Shown here: piece after piece, positions 12,043 through 25,535 of the stretch
Layout of the letters: each line of letters opens with the position of its first letter
Numbering within the stretch: the first letter of the stretch is position 1
DNA from: Chara braunii
Taxonomy: Eukaryota; Plantae; Charophyceae
Assembly (NCBI GenBank): GCA_003427395.1
Contig: BFEA01000031.1
Coordinates: forward strand, 1,338,221 to 1,402,220
Length of the DNA stretch: 64,000 nucleotides
Direction of reading: 5' to 3'
Position numbers and translations under genes: made by a program
The notes under the pieces: generated by a model
Databases searched by the model: none
Told to the model about the DNA's origin: nothing
Seen by the model: only the letters and a program-made list of their open reading frames with translations

Positions 12043-14160
12043 GGTCGAGATTCGAGAGGAGCTACGTGACTAAATCAAATATAAGACATATCCCACCAAG
12101 TTACTTCGGCACTTCATTGTAAAAATACGCACAAGAATCTATCCAAAACAAAGACAATACTGAAGAGAGTCCTTAAATGAATATCCATCAAAAATAAAAC
12201 ACAAACAGTTACTAATAAATCCCTCCAATTACAACTCAGACGTTATCCACTTATGACTGTCATTATCAAGGCAAGGCGTGATGCACATATGCCGCATAGG
12301 TGGATACTCCAAACACAAATACAAAATGCAGCACAACCCATGATAAATGGCATATACTGATAACAAAATTTTTTACATGACAATACAATTTATCCATAAG
12401 GGTTGTAACTGACGGGCACAATATGCTTTATAAACAACCATATGAACGCAACCCAACTGCCAGTTACATAACAAGATAACCCTCGATAATGTATTTCCGT
12501 ATTCTATAAGGCAGAAGTAGGACTGATAATGAGTAAATAACATGATACAATTGTTACCCCTTCAACTCTTTAAGCGAAGCGTATATTATAGAGGGGCGGT
12601 GTAATCCTGATAAGATAATATCTCGACTCTTGAGCCCCGCTCTAAATATGAAGCCTCACCGCATGTCTCTCCGACTCTAGCGCTTGTACCTCACTGCCCC
12701 TATCATGGTCAAGTGGACAACCCAATTCATACTTATCAAGGCAACGAGGAGCGAACTCGCACCTTTACAAATATGGTGGCCCTGCCTAGCCAGAGACGAG
12801 TTTAGGTCGCTACCCCAGATCCGCTCTCACTAAGCAGTGGCTATTTCACCTGGTCATCACACGTAACAAGTCCTTTCCTCTTTTCTCAACAGATAATGTA
12901 GTTACTGTCCCATTTCAGGAGAGACAACAACACCCCACTAATGGACCAGGAACATAGTTCCGGCGTGGGTCTCACTATCAGCTTCGAGACTAATAACCGC
13001 TTCCTTAAGCCTCATCGAGGGAGTAACAACTCAAGAATGCACTTCCACTGAGGACAAATTATACACGCCGACTAACTCCTTCTCGGAAGAACCACCTTTC
13101 CCAGAAGCAAGTCACCCCATTCACCCCTGGTCCCATGCCAGACGTGAGTTTCATGCAGAATGTATGTCCTCGTGGAAGGCAGTCCATATATACGCCATCA
13201 ATCTGACATCGGGCAAAACACAATGACAACATATATACAGAGATAACCAACCAAACAATCACAAATGTCATATATACATATATTACATATAATTAACACA
13301 TAGGCCTCTCTTCGGACTAGCCAAACCGCGATCCTAGTGACCACTACTTCTCGAGATTTATCGATAGTTAGCCAGACAGTCCGCAAGCGACTCAAATCAT
13401 CACCAACTCACACTATCGAGGAGTCTAAGCATCGTACAGGCCGTAGTACCTATCATATCACATCTCAATCTAGGTTCAAGAAAATAGTTTTACAATTAAA
13501 CTCCTCACTTCGCACTTTATCAGTCATCTCCTCACCCATGTTGTTCCCGTGTCAACAACATTCTTTAAAGCAGAGGTCATATAACTAGGGGAGACGCTCC
13601 ATCTTAACTTCATTATCTTCCACGACAGGCTTTGCACAACAATCACGTAATGAGCCGATTAGCCTTGAATTCCAATAAAAGGCATACTTAGCAATGTCAG
13701 TACCACCTTGCTCATTCCTAGCCGAATCGACCCTACAAGGCATTACCCAAACTCATCAATCATTAAAGTCAAAGAGTCTTTCAACTCCAGTTAATCGCAT
13801 ACTAGGCGGTGCTCACGGCGCATAGTCAAGGCGCTTATCGATCTCAAGCAACCCTTACTACATCACTCAAACCCCACTTGCAGAACTAACCCTCACTTCA
13901 TGCTCTATCCAATACATTATACGATCAACCACTTTCTCCTAACCCAGTCAATAGAGCAGAAGCGGTTATTCTCCGCGGATTATCAGCCTGCCTCGAGTCA
14001 AGGCTCGACTTTTAGAGACCTCTCAGTCTTTACGATACCTCCAACGATAGTCAAAATATTAGTCAATCGCTCATATAAGTCTATCAAAACTTCTCATTTG
14101 CCAATTTCTCACTTCCATACCCGGATGTCATTCCACCAGGGACAACGGTAGGCAGCCGTT

Positions 14161-14179
14161 ATCCCCAGCAAAGGCGCCA
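14161..14179 (-). promoter_or_regulatory. Primer-binding site (tRNA-Asp-like), element B
   Basis: ...ctcgaCA-gg-TGGCGCCTTTGCTGGGGAT. Confidence 0.75.
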
Positions 14180-14181
14180 CC

Positions 14182-15137
14182 TGTCGAGCTCATCAGTCCG
14201 GCACCGCACGTGGCAACGTGGGACCCTTTCGGCCGCGTCACGCAGAAGTTGGACCAACCTCGTCCCGAACACAGAAATGGAGCTTCCTTAGGCCGCCCCG
14301 GCCGAGTGCGCCAGCCATACCTCTCGCGAACCCCTACGACAGGATAGGGCCTACGCGAGGCACAACTTACCTCCACCTTACGGAAGCTGTCACCTCCCTT
14401 CGGTGGGCGTATCCCCGCCGAGCTACCAGTCCACAGTACGAAAGCTAATCAGTTGCAATCGCAGAGGTGGACCAGCCGATGGCGTTTCTCGTTCGCTGTA
14501 GCATAGGGGGTACGCGCGGTAGTACGCCTCTATCGGACCCGCACGCGAACCGGCATCTTGGGGGGCTGAGGTCCCAAGCGCGGTTCGTCGCCAGTCGACT
14601 AGGATGCATCCCACACACCACGTGCACACCACTTTACGAACACAAAAAATAAAGCACACATACGCACTCATACGAAACGACACAACACAAACAACGCGAC
14701 AACGCTCCTAGCCCCTCGGTAGCCATCCTATAACTTTCCGATGCGAAAATCGGATAAGCGTCGCGCGCGAGACTTGATATAAAACCACGCGGACGCAGGG
14801 CTAAGCCATATCGACTCGCAATGCAAACGTACGCAAGTAGTCGCAATGATGGCGTACTATGTAGTGCGCATAATCGTGCGATCCTCGTTAGTCTCGAGGG
14901 TCGCATTCGACACTCAAGTGTCGGCTGACACGCGCCTTGAGGGTTAATATCTTGACGCTGGACAACCGTCGTACACGGTTGAGCACCACACACCCTCTTC
15001 TACACCCTGTGCAGAGTGGGTGGTACACAGGTCTATACCTGTGGCGGCAGCCGTTCCTTACTGCCCTGGGGATGAGTCCCACTCCAGGCCTGAGCGAACG
15101 TTAAGGGGTTTGACTTTGACGGCTGCCACGGACTACA
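14182..15137 (-). repeat. 5' LTR of element B (3' end firm; far boundary uncertain, may extend to 19521 or beyond)
   Basis: Terminal CA abuts the PBS; shares an about 115-nt block with the LTR of element D; candidate TGTAG start at 15137. Confidence 0.5.
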
Positions 15138-15899
15138 ACGTCCAACTATAAAAATTAACAAGCAAGATCAATAAATAAATAAATAAGCATCCCAATACTC
15201 ATACATTAGGTCAAGACTCGAGGTAACAACCAAAAGGAGGGGGAAACTTAAACCCATCAGGTATGCAGATCGTGCGACGCATGGTTGTCATTCTGACTGC
15301 CTCCAAAATATGGCTCATGTCCCAAGCTCCAAAATACTAACCTGCATGAAACACAGACACACACAATAGTCACATTGTCATACACCAATGTAGTCAACTT
15401 TACTGTTCCCTGTAACTCACACCATGCCTCACGCACTCAAGCCCCAGTCATGGTCAAAATCTTCATAAATCCCACAAATTCTTTATAATGGTCATTAAAA
15501 TGAAGTCCAGTTAAAACCTTCAAAGGAACATATCAAGTCTCAGGGCTAAGGCAATCAAATTGAGGTACAGGTATGAGCAAGTTGTGTCGTGAGCCGACAA
15601 GTCGGCGATCAACCAACCGACTTGTTATCATTGATAGCAGAATATGATCCTCGCGAGATCAAGCTGAACTAGTCCAAATCCCGAATCAAGCGGTCTAGAG
15701 GAACTGTAACACAAGACAGGTCAATTCCCAAGCTAGACCTATAAGTCCATGGGGAGTAATCCTCATATCCCGATATCACTCAAATCATCCTAATTGACTA
15801 AGCCTGAATCTACCTTCAAGCAGTGCCCAAAGCAAAGGTAGACCTTGGCATAATCCCCCCTATACAGAGTGGATCACCAAAATCGCCACCTGTCAAAAT

Positions 15900-16480
15900 A
15901 TAATCTATCTCCTTTAAACTAAGAAAATTTTGGCAGCGCTTCCCGTAGGAAAAATGTCTTTTCAAAATTTATATACGCTCAAATATGAAAACAGAAATAA
16001 TCTCTAACTCAAGAAAGTCAAATTTCATCTAACTTCCTGAATTAGTAAAATTTTGGGCAGCACTCCTTTTAGAAAATGAGACTTCCCAGATTTATACTAT
16101 CTCAGATTTGAACTTAGAATAACTCGAGTTTTTGTCAAGACAAAATTTAACAACTTCTTAGATTTGTAGAAATTTCGGCAGTACTTCCTCTAAAAAAGTG
16201 TTATTCCAAAACTTATACAAGGCTAAGCCCATAATTTGAAACTAACTTTGACTTCTCAAAGTCCAATTTTGTCTAACTCCCTGAATTAGCAAAATTTTGG
16301 GCAGCACTTCCTTAAGAAAATGAGACTTTCCAGATTTTTACTAAGTCAGATATAAAGAAAAGACAAGTTGAACTTTGACAAGTCAAAAATTGACTAACTC
16401 CTTGGATTTGTAGAAATTCCGGCGGCGCTTCCTATAGAGAAAGTAGCTTGCCAAAATTTATACAAAGCCAAGTATAAAAG
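15900..16480. repeat. Tandem repeat, about 122-bp unit (about 5 copies, alternating units more alike)
   Basis: Recurring ttt(g)ggcagc(a/g)cttcc...aaa...tttata motif near 15925, 16050, 16175, 16295 and 16415. Confidence 0.7.
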
Positions 16481-19400
16481 ATGACCTCAGAAAATGCAAG
16501 AATTGATCTAAGTAAAAAAACTTAGCTCAGAAAATGCAGGAATTGAAACTATCTCCTATGACTCTAGCACGTGGCGAGCGGCTAAAGTAACTTGCTATCA
16601 AACTGAAGCTCAGACCAAGTAGTAGCCTCACTCAATTACATGCAGGTCAAACCACAAAGGTGAGTACTCTCTCCATCCCCAAGTCAACTTAGCAAATAAT
16701 AGTTCATAATCTTTCAATGCTTTAACCTTTTATACCCTGCTTACATAAGGCGTAAAGTCAGGCCATCCAATCTTATGGAACATGCGTGACTCAGCCATCA
16801 AGTATACACGAACAGGTTGCACTACTACTTTTCTCATCTTAGAAACAATGCGTAGTCGCCCTGAATTGTTTAATATCAAAGTTATATATACTTCTCTGAA
16901 CTTAATCTCCAAGGTGGGTGTAGGACTGAGCCATTCATCTTAGAAACAATGCTCAGCCGGCCCAAGTTACCTTCAATTATATTCTTAATTGTACTCTCTT
17001 CAAATTTATGGTAAGCTTTAGTCAGGCCATCCAATCTTATGGAACCCTTGCCTGACTAGCATGTTCTCAAGTAACATAGTAATAAGATATAGCCAAATCA
17101 TAACCTTTCGGGTTCTAGCATGTATGAGGCATTGGGCCAGACCATCCAATCTTATGGAACATGTCTGGTCCTCTGCCAGGTTCACTTCTCTCTGATCCAT
17201 CTGTGTGCGGCATGACTCCAAAGCCATCCAATCTTATGGAACATGCCTCGCCCCCAGCCAAAGTTAATTTCTCATAACCAAAGCAGGAAGAGATTGAGCC
17301 ACCTGAACTTACAGAACAGTTCAGTCTACTCGTTCAGAAACAAAGAAACTCAAGAAAACCCAGAAAAAACAAGGCAACTCAGGGTACCTAAACTTATAGA
17401 GCGCCCTGAGCCCCCGAAATTCAAACACAGTCAAACCCTCGCCAGCCCCCGAAATTCAAACACAGTCAAACCCTCGCAAGCCAGAGCAGTCAGGTGCCAA
17501 GCCCTATAAGACCCTTTCAACCTCAAGCAAAACCACCTTCCTCCCAACCTTCCCCCAGATGCATTCCCCTTCGTTCGCAATCTGCCTTCATTCAAACAAC
17601 AAAAATTGAAACTGAGGATTTGCATGCATTCCTTTACTTTATTTTATTCATGTCCTGGAAGTCAAACAACAAGTCAAAGTAGGGTTGCATACCATGTACT
17701 CAGTCAAGACATAGTCAGGAGTACAAATATTGGGTTATAACTGGATTTATAGAGGGAAGATTAAACCTTTATTTCTCAGTTCCCTGCCTCCAGAACTCCT
17801 CCTGAGTTCCGGTAGAGCTCCCGCAATCGGTGGGCTGACTCCCCACAAAGTCTTGCTGCGGTCCTACGGGTTGCAATCCCCCCTGCCGCCTTCCTCTCAG
17901 AACAGGATTAGACTTAGAGTAAGAAAGGCAGAAGGAGGGGTTTCAGACTTTCGAGATACAGTAGAGGGACTGACTCAACTCTCAGGAGAGGGCCTTGATA
18001 CCTTCATTCGCCTGAGGGCCCCGCAATGATGGTCAGGACGTACGATGTCACTTGGCCAACAATAGCCAAACTGTCAACTGTTTACTTCCTGACAGTCCAC
18101 CCAATTGCGGCGAAAGACCCCCCCGGTCAATGGACTCAGCCACTACATTCGCAGAGTTGGACAGTTCACCGGTAAGCAAACAACCTCACAGTCGGATCCA
18201 CCCCGCCCCGCACAGCAGGGCGGGCAGCGTATCAGTCAACAGGTAAGACCCTCCTGCTTGCTATTCGCCCCTCACTTTCCCGCTCTAACTGAGTGGGCAG
18301 CACTCCAACTAGCAGGCAACCTTCAGACCCTTGCGGTTGGCCTCACGCTCATTCCAATGACAGGATTAGCAAACTCGAAACGAAACTTCTACCAGAACGC
18401 GGGGCTATGCAGTCAGCCGCTGCTCTTCCCGACTTCCCCTGCACGCAGTCCGCGTAGCTCGACGCTGCAGCTCGACTTCCAGTTCGCCCCGCAATGCTCG
18501 CTCTACAGGCACGCCCTTCGCACTCCCACATAAACTGCACAAAACCAGGTCGAATCCTTCCCTTAGGATCCGATCACGCTCTCTTACTAACCCGTACTTT
18601 GTATGCGCACAGCTTGGTTCAGTAGCCCGACTCTTGGTTCATCCCTCAGTGGTCGTCCTGCCTCTGCAAGCCTGTTTCGACGACGGGGTAAGGTCGTAGT
18701 ACCACCACGATATCTGTCTCTGGCTGCTACATACACTTACTCAAATGGTTGCGACCAACCCGCTGCCGTACACACTTCCTTGGACTGGGCTGGGTAATCA
18801 GTCTTCCGTTAGCAGGCGGGGAAATGCATTCCCTCTGCAAAGTCCCCCTTCTCCTCGTGAGGCCCGCATCTTCCTTCAACTCTCTCTCTCTCTCTCTCTG
18901 TTGCAGCGCCTTATATATGAGCATACCTGGCCGTTTCTTGGCCAGGTTCAGTCAAAGCGAGGGGAGCAAGCCGCTAGATGCGGCAATACTTCGCTAGTCC
19001 ATACCCGCAGTTCTTATCGCCCGCTCCTTCGATCGACAAGCTGGGCAGCACAATGGCCAACATGTAAGTCTCAAACCCTGCGGCTGGCAGGGTGAGCAAA
19101 TTCGAATGAATCTTCCGCAGGTGTATGGATTGATACACTTCTCTCCGAACTTTTCTCCCTGGGCGCAAACTCGGCCACACATGCCGAACAACCCGACGTC
19201 TGAATCGAAAACCCGACATCGCCATTCAACTCGGAATGGCCCAAAACTCTGTTTTAACATCCTCACTCGCCCGATTTCGTTAAGAAACGGGCGCGATACG
19301 TAACCTTTCTCCTTCGTCCACTTCAATCCCGCCATCTCTTCACGCAGCCCCTTTCTCTTTTATACCCCTAAACACTACTTCAACCACCCAACTAACCCTG

Positions 19401-20106
19401 CCAACCGACTCGTACCGCATCCAAACCCCAACTTTGCATCTTTGTTCGTCGAAAACGGTCAAGAAACGACCGATCAAACAAGGTTTCACACCCATCTTCT
19501 TCCCTCTCCGCCATCTCGCGCTATCGCACTTTTTTCAGTCGGGCCTACTTCGGGCGACCGGAAAGCCAACAGGCTGTCACGCAGGATTTTTGTAAGTGAT
19601 TGCAATAAATAAAATAAATTAAATAATGCAAATCCCTTCCTGTTGTGTCCGTCCGGCTTCGAGCGAGACCCTTCAATTGCGGTCTTCGTCGGTCCCTGGT
19701 CTTAAGAATCTTTTATTTTGATTCGGAACAGCAGAGAATTATGTAAATAATAATCATAAAATTATGGGGTGCTATTCATGCATCAATTATGTCAATCTGA
19801 TCTTGAGAACTGTGACAAAACATCCACGAAGGCAATCATCGAGCAAGAATAATGCAGAAAATAAGACTGACTGACTCGAGCAAAGACAAGGGCAATTGAA
19901 TGAGCGAAGAATGGAAACTCATAATAATCTCAGAATGTAAACGAGCATGGTCAGCACCCCTCAAGAGTCCTCACTCATCCCTCTGGTCAGTCTCTCTCAA
20001 TTTCTTTTCACTGATCTTCCCTGGTGCTGAGACCCACGCTCGCGTACAGTCCGAGACTGAGGCTTCATGACAAAATGCCACCTGTAGCCAGCAACTCTGA
20101 GCACGA

Positions 20107-20658
20107 CTATCCGAGGCACATGACACGGTAGTTAACCATGGAGCAAAACTCCTCCCATAAGGTAGGCAGTCCGTCCATCGAAAAAACTCCTCGTCTGAGG
20201 TAAGGATACTCGGTGGGCTCAGTCAATGCCTCGACGTCGATCACCGCCGAAGAGATGTATCTCTTTGCCAAGCTAACCACATCCAGCCAACTCGTGCCAT
20301 AAGTGAGAAGAGAAGGGACCGGAGGCCTAGGATAGTCAGTATAAAGCGCCGGCCCGAAGCTGCGGATCAACGTAGTACTACTCTCATCGAGCTCCCTCTC
20401 TCTCTGCTCAAGATAGTTGGTGGTTGAGATCTAGACCGGATCGAAAAGTTCATGAGCCTCCTTGCCCTTCTTCAGATAAGGCCTCAGATCGTGAATAGTG
20501 TCATCAGCAAAACTGGTCTGGACAACGAAGATTGACAGATCTCCCTGTCTGAAACCAACGACACTAACATATCGATAATGAAATGCCTCTTTGCATGAGA
20601 TCCGATTGAGGTTGGCCAACACTGACTCACTGACCGGCGTAGGCTGAACTGTGCTCAT
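20107..20658 (-). pseudogene. LTR-embedded accessory ORF, family 1 (in-frame stops at 20431 and 20107)
   Basis: Close homolog of 3255-3893 (LNRISCKEAFHYRYVSVVGFRQGDLSIFVVQTSFAD; RSFGPALYTDYPRPPVPSLL). Confidence 0.75.
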
Positions 20659-20908
20659 AAGTACTCTTGCTAGTACAAACTTGACTAGATAGCCCCGGAG
20701 AACTGGTTACCAAAACTGATGGCAGAAAGCTGATTGTTGAGAACTGATTGTTGATTGAATGATTGTTGATGACGGATTACTGAAAAACTGTTTGCTGAAA
20801 ATCGAATGTTATAACTGTTGTTTTGAAGTCTACCCCAACTCTCTACAGGCTGCATGCGCTAAACACACACTCGTCTCTTTTTATCATGAAGTAGATGATT
20901 AACTTATC

Positions 20909-21150
20909 TCACTGAGAATCCCGGACAACCTTTCTTGCTTCCTCTACAGTGCCCACTAAGGAAATAGTAGCGCACAACTTGCCCTTTCTGTCATGTAAAT
21001 TATAGGTGTACTCAATCCAGGTGTGGTCCTTTACCAGCGTCAAAGCATGCTCCATCATTATGACTGTCTGCTGATTGTACTCTTCCACTGCACTATCCCT
21101 CCAATCCTCTGCCACGCTCTGACGCAGTGAACATGCCACCCTTATAACGC
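20909..21150 (-). pseudogene. Accessory ORF, family 2, interrupted by element C (5' part lies at 43329 to about 43365)
   Basis: Removing C rejoins RMKGGDV-IRVACSLRQ, matching REMGGEERRRVTCTMHQ of 4721-4996. Confidence 0.65.
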
Positions 21151-24100
21151 TGTCCGGGTAGTCTCTCTCCCCCCACCTCTGTTTCTTAGGTCACCTGACC
21201 AGCCACTCCCTTCCGGTCCCCCCCCCTCCCCTCGGCGGGAGGCTCAGTTAGTCGCAGGCGCGGTCCCGCCCGGTAGCCGGCGAAGTACAGATTAACACCC
21301 CCTCTTCCCCACGGGTGGGCGACCCCTAGACACTCCTCCTTCCCCCACACTCTGACCAGGAGCCCTCCCTTCTTTTTGGAATCTGGATCAGACCGCTCGA
21401 GGACGAGTCGATGGCTGCCACCACTGGCTCGCGAGGCCAGGCCCACACGACCACCACTCGGCTCAGATCGAAGGCTCGAAATGGACCAAGAAAACGTGAC
21501 CTGGTCCAGCCGATAAAGGACTTTTTAATAGAGCTAGACCTCGTAAAAGTGACGGGAAATGTCGGTACACCGCCTACAGGCGAACAGAGCTGACGAACAC
21601 CGGGGCAAAAAAAAAAAAAAAAAACAGGCTTTCTTGAAACATACAGATCACACCAGATCAGCCAGCGGCCGGCTCGAGGCCAGATATTTTTTGACGAGCC
21701 GTTGAAAACAAAAATTTAGGAACAACACTTAAATGGGAGCAGGGCGGGTAACCGCCTGTGCCGAAAATGAGAAAGAAAAGAGGAAAGGAAAAGAAAAGAG
21801 AACAGGCTTTCTTGAAAGATACAGATCACACTAGTTCAGCCCGCGGCCGACTCGAGCCCAGGCGTCTTTGACGGACTGTTTGCGAACAAGGAACTCTCGA
21901 AGAAACCCAGAAAACAGAAATTTTTGGAACTGCATCCAAACTGGGCGGGGTGTATAATCTTCGGGGGCCGAAAATAACTTTCTTGGGACATACAGCTATA
22001 CCGTCAGCAAGAAACTCAGAGTCGGTAGTGTCTCCTGACCATTTCTTGCAGCGAACAGAAGTCACTTCCCTCCCCTCCGAAACGTAGCTCAGTACGTCGG
22101 GGGTTCGAAGCTCGTGCACACTAGCTGCAGCAGCTCCCTCCCCTCGCGTCAGCCGCGTCGCACTGGCTTTCTCGGCTCGCCCCTTCCGACACAGGAGATT
22201 CTCTACTTCTTCCNNNNNNNNNNNNNNNNNNNNNNNNNNNNNNNNNNNNNNNNNNNNNNNNNNNNNNNNNNNNNNNNNNNNNNNNNNNNNNNNNNNNNNN
22301 NNNNNNNNNNNNNNNNNNNNNNNNNNNNNNNNNNNNNNNNNNNNNNNNNNNNNNNNNNNNNNNNNNNNNNNNNNNNNNNNNNNNNNNNNNNNNNNNNNNN
22401 NNNNNNNNNNNNNNNNNNNNNNNNNNNNNNNNNNNNNNNNNNNNNNNNNNNNNNNNNNNNNNNNNNNNNNNNNNNNNNNNNNNNNNNNNNNNNNNNNNNN
22501 NNNNNNNNNNNNNNNNNNNNNNNNNNNNNNNNNNNNNNNNNNNNNNNNNNNNNNNNNNNNNNNNNNNNNNNNNNNNNNNNNNNNNNNNNNNNNNNNNNNN
22601 NNNNNNNNNNNNNNNNNNNNNNNNNNNNNNNNNNNNNNNNNNNNNNNNNNNNNNNNNNNNNNNNNNNNNNNNNNNNNNNNNNNNNNNNNNNNNNNNNNNN
22701 NNNNNNNNNNNNNNNNNNNNNNNNNNNNNNNNNNNNNNNNNNNNNNNNNNNNNNNNNNNNNNNNNNNNNNNNNNNNNNNNNNNNNNNNNNNNNNNNNNNN
22801 NNNNNNNNNNNNNNNNNNNNNNNNNNNNNNNNNNNNNNNNNNNNNNNNNNNNNNNNNNNNNNNNNNNNNNNNNNNNNNNNNNNNNNNNNNNNNNNNNNNN
22901 NNNNNNNNNNNNNNNNNNNNNNNNNNNNNNNNNNNNNNNNNNNNNNNNNNNNNNNNNNNNNNNNNNNNNNNNNNNNNNNNNNNNNNNNNNNNNNNNNNNN
23001 NNNNNNNNNNNNNNNNNNNNNNNNNNNNNNNNNNNNNNNNNNNNNNNNNNNNNNNNNNNNNNNNNNNNNNNNNNNNNNNNNNNNNNNNNNNNNNNNNNNN
23101 NNNNNNNNNNNNNNNNNNNNNNNNNNNNNNNNNNNNNNNNNNNNNNNNNNNNNNNNNNNNNNNNNNNNNNNNNNNNNNNNNNNNNNNNNNNNNNNNNNNN
23201 NNNNNNNNNNNNNGTGACTGCTAGCACCCGTCTACCCTTCCCCTCAAGCCTTCTTTATCCCTCTCTTCTCTCTCACGCGCACCAGTCTCTCCTCCTGGCG
23301 CAAGCACCGTCGGCCGACGAGCTCGTGCACTCTCTCCCGTGCGCCAGCGAATGTTATCCTCGAGCACGCACCACGCGTACTCGCTAGCTTCCAACCTCCG
23401 TGCGCTTTTCTTTTTGAGGCTCCTCTCTCTCTCTTTTATACCCTCAGTCCCTCGTTACTTCCTCCTTGTATACGGCATTCGCATCTCATTCTGCTAACGT
23501 TTTCGAAATTTTCCCTTCTTCCTGCCGTTCGCCTTAAATTTTTCAAAATTTTTTCTTACTTCCCGCTCACCCTTCCTCCCCATCTGTTTGATTCAGCGTT
23601 TCCCCATCCTCGACCAATTACGGCTCACCTTTTCCTCAAGGTAGGATCGATATTACTTTGTTCGGTCGATAACCTCCCGCCGGCAGCACTTGTCCCTTTC
23701 CAATCTTTGTTACTTGCTGCACAAGTCCGTTGAGCTTCCTTGTCCGTTCGTTTTCTTCCTCCAGGATCTGGCGGGAGCTCTGATAGACGGCGCACCCCAG
23801 TACCAGCTCTGGTGCAGTTCGTTGCCCGACCGTTCGTACCCTTCGGCGCTGGTGATGTTTTCCGTACCTTCGAGAGAGTCGACTCTATTCCTCTTCTTCC
23901 CTCCCCCCCTCTCTCTGCCACATAGTTTCTTTCTCCCGACATTCTCTACCATTTCCCGCTTACTTTCGTCGATCCAGACTTCTTTTCCTCCTCCAATCGC
24001 AACTCGCCCCTCACCCTCGACAGGATCTTGATCAACCCCACTCTTCTTCGGCTGACAGTCGCGCCATCCTCGAAATTTTCCACTACTTCCCGCTCCTTCT

Positions 24101-25221
24101 CTCCTCCCCTCTTCATTCCTTGTCGCTCTAGATTTCTTCATCGCCCTCCAATCGCAGGTCATCCCTCACTCTCGGCGGGATCCTCATCGCGCCCGCTCTT
24201 CTGAGGGCTGCCCAATGCCCTCACCTGGTCTGGCGAAGCCGCCGGCACTCGCCGATTCCTTCTCCCTTCGATTGTCCGGCTTGCCGCGCGTATCTGATGC
24301 GACTCTTGGTTTAGATGCATTCTGGCTTTAGCCAGCGGATTCGTAATCAGCCCGTTCATATTCCCTTCCGTCTGGAGCAGCGGTCTCGTTCCCCATGCTT
24401 TCAAGAGTCCGTTATCAAGAACTCGCGACGCTCTCATTCCCTCCCTCCCCACATAACTCACTTTCCCTTCTTGTACTGCCAATTGCGCGCGTAGCCTCCT
24501 CCAGCCGGACCCCGGATTCGCCTGGTGGGTCCCTCAGGCGGTAAAAGCTACTAGCTGGCTCTTCTCACCATTCTCCTGCCTCAGGGACGCACACCAGATC
24601 TCACAAGAATCAAATCCCCCCTTTTCCAACCACCCGTATACGGTCCACTCCTCGGCCCTTGCATGAGCTTTGGATCCGTTGGTGGCAGCCCTCGGTCACA
24701 GTCCCCTACCTCGCTTGGAGTGACTCCAGGCCGTCGACACCAAACCCCTTCGACTCTCTCCGTCTTACCGGCCCAAGCCCGCAAGGTTGTTTATCTCGGG
24801 ACTGTGCCAAGAGAGCCTGCTTGTTATCCCCCCTGTAGTTATTCCCCTGACCCTCCTCGTGCCGAAGTCCCTTCCGATCGCAATGCTTCAGGTGCTGCTG
24901 ATAGCCCATGCTCGGGCCCTCGATAGGTCCCTTATTTTCGGCCCTAACTCGACAGTCCGCCGTTCGTTCCCGTTTTCCTGGTCCTGGCATCGAAAAACTC
25001 CGATTTTCGTGATCCGCGCGAACCCGCTCGTGACCAAAATTTGGACCGCCACTTCAGCCAATAGAAGGGTAAGTGCGTAGACCCGGACACCCGAGGACAT
25101 CCACAAGTGCTACATTCACATGCACTCATATGTCAAAACCAAGCAAAACTGTAAAAACAAAGAAGAAAAAAGTTCTTTATTTCAAAGAAAAATACTTCGG
25201 CTGTTAGACAGCCGCCCGACA
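21151..25221 (-). repeat. 3' LTR of element C
   Basis: TG...CA termini; near-identical to 38986-43328; N gap 22214-23213; TATA-like GGGTATAAAAG on minus near 23435. Confidence 0.95.
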
Positions 25222-25240
25222 ACCAGCCCACACCCCAATT
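25222..25240 (-). promoter_or_regulatory. Polypurine-tract-like sequence, element C
   Basis: Minus strand aattGGGGTGTGGGCTGGT directly before the 3' LTR. Confidence 0.55.
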
Positions 25241-25535
25241 CTCGCCGTCCCCGGCGAGCATTTCCCTCTATTTTTCACCTCTCCTCATTTCAGTTCATCC
25301 CGTATCCCCTGGTTCCCCCGGATGCCCTTTACCTTTTCGATGCCTGTTTTTCCTAACTATGCTCGTCTTCCCTAACCACGGTACAAAATTCCTTTCGGCG
25401 TCACAACATATCGCCCTTTTCCGGCTCACGTTTTCCTAACTATGGTACATTCTCCCTTTCGGCCCCGTGACACACGTCCCTTCCTAACTATGGTACAATC
25501 ACCCTTCCCAGGACTAAGACTCTTGGGGCCTCATC

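Noticed and set aside
14182-14240. Hammerhead ribozyme (retrozyme-like): minus strand has GAAA...CTGATGA near the LTR end
   Set aside because: Stems I, II and III cannot be formed around the core, and the motif is absent from the related LTR D
22114-23227. Long ORFs of about 367 aa here and 392-439 aa at 39948-41267
   Set aside because: Artefacts of translating 1000-N scaffold gaps
23625-25129. ORFs repeated in both LTRs of element C
   Set aside because: Identity is explained by LTR duplication; short, no motifs, no evidence of coding constraint
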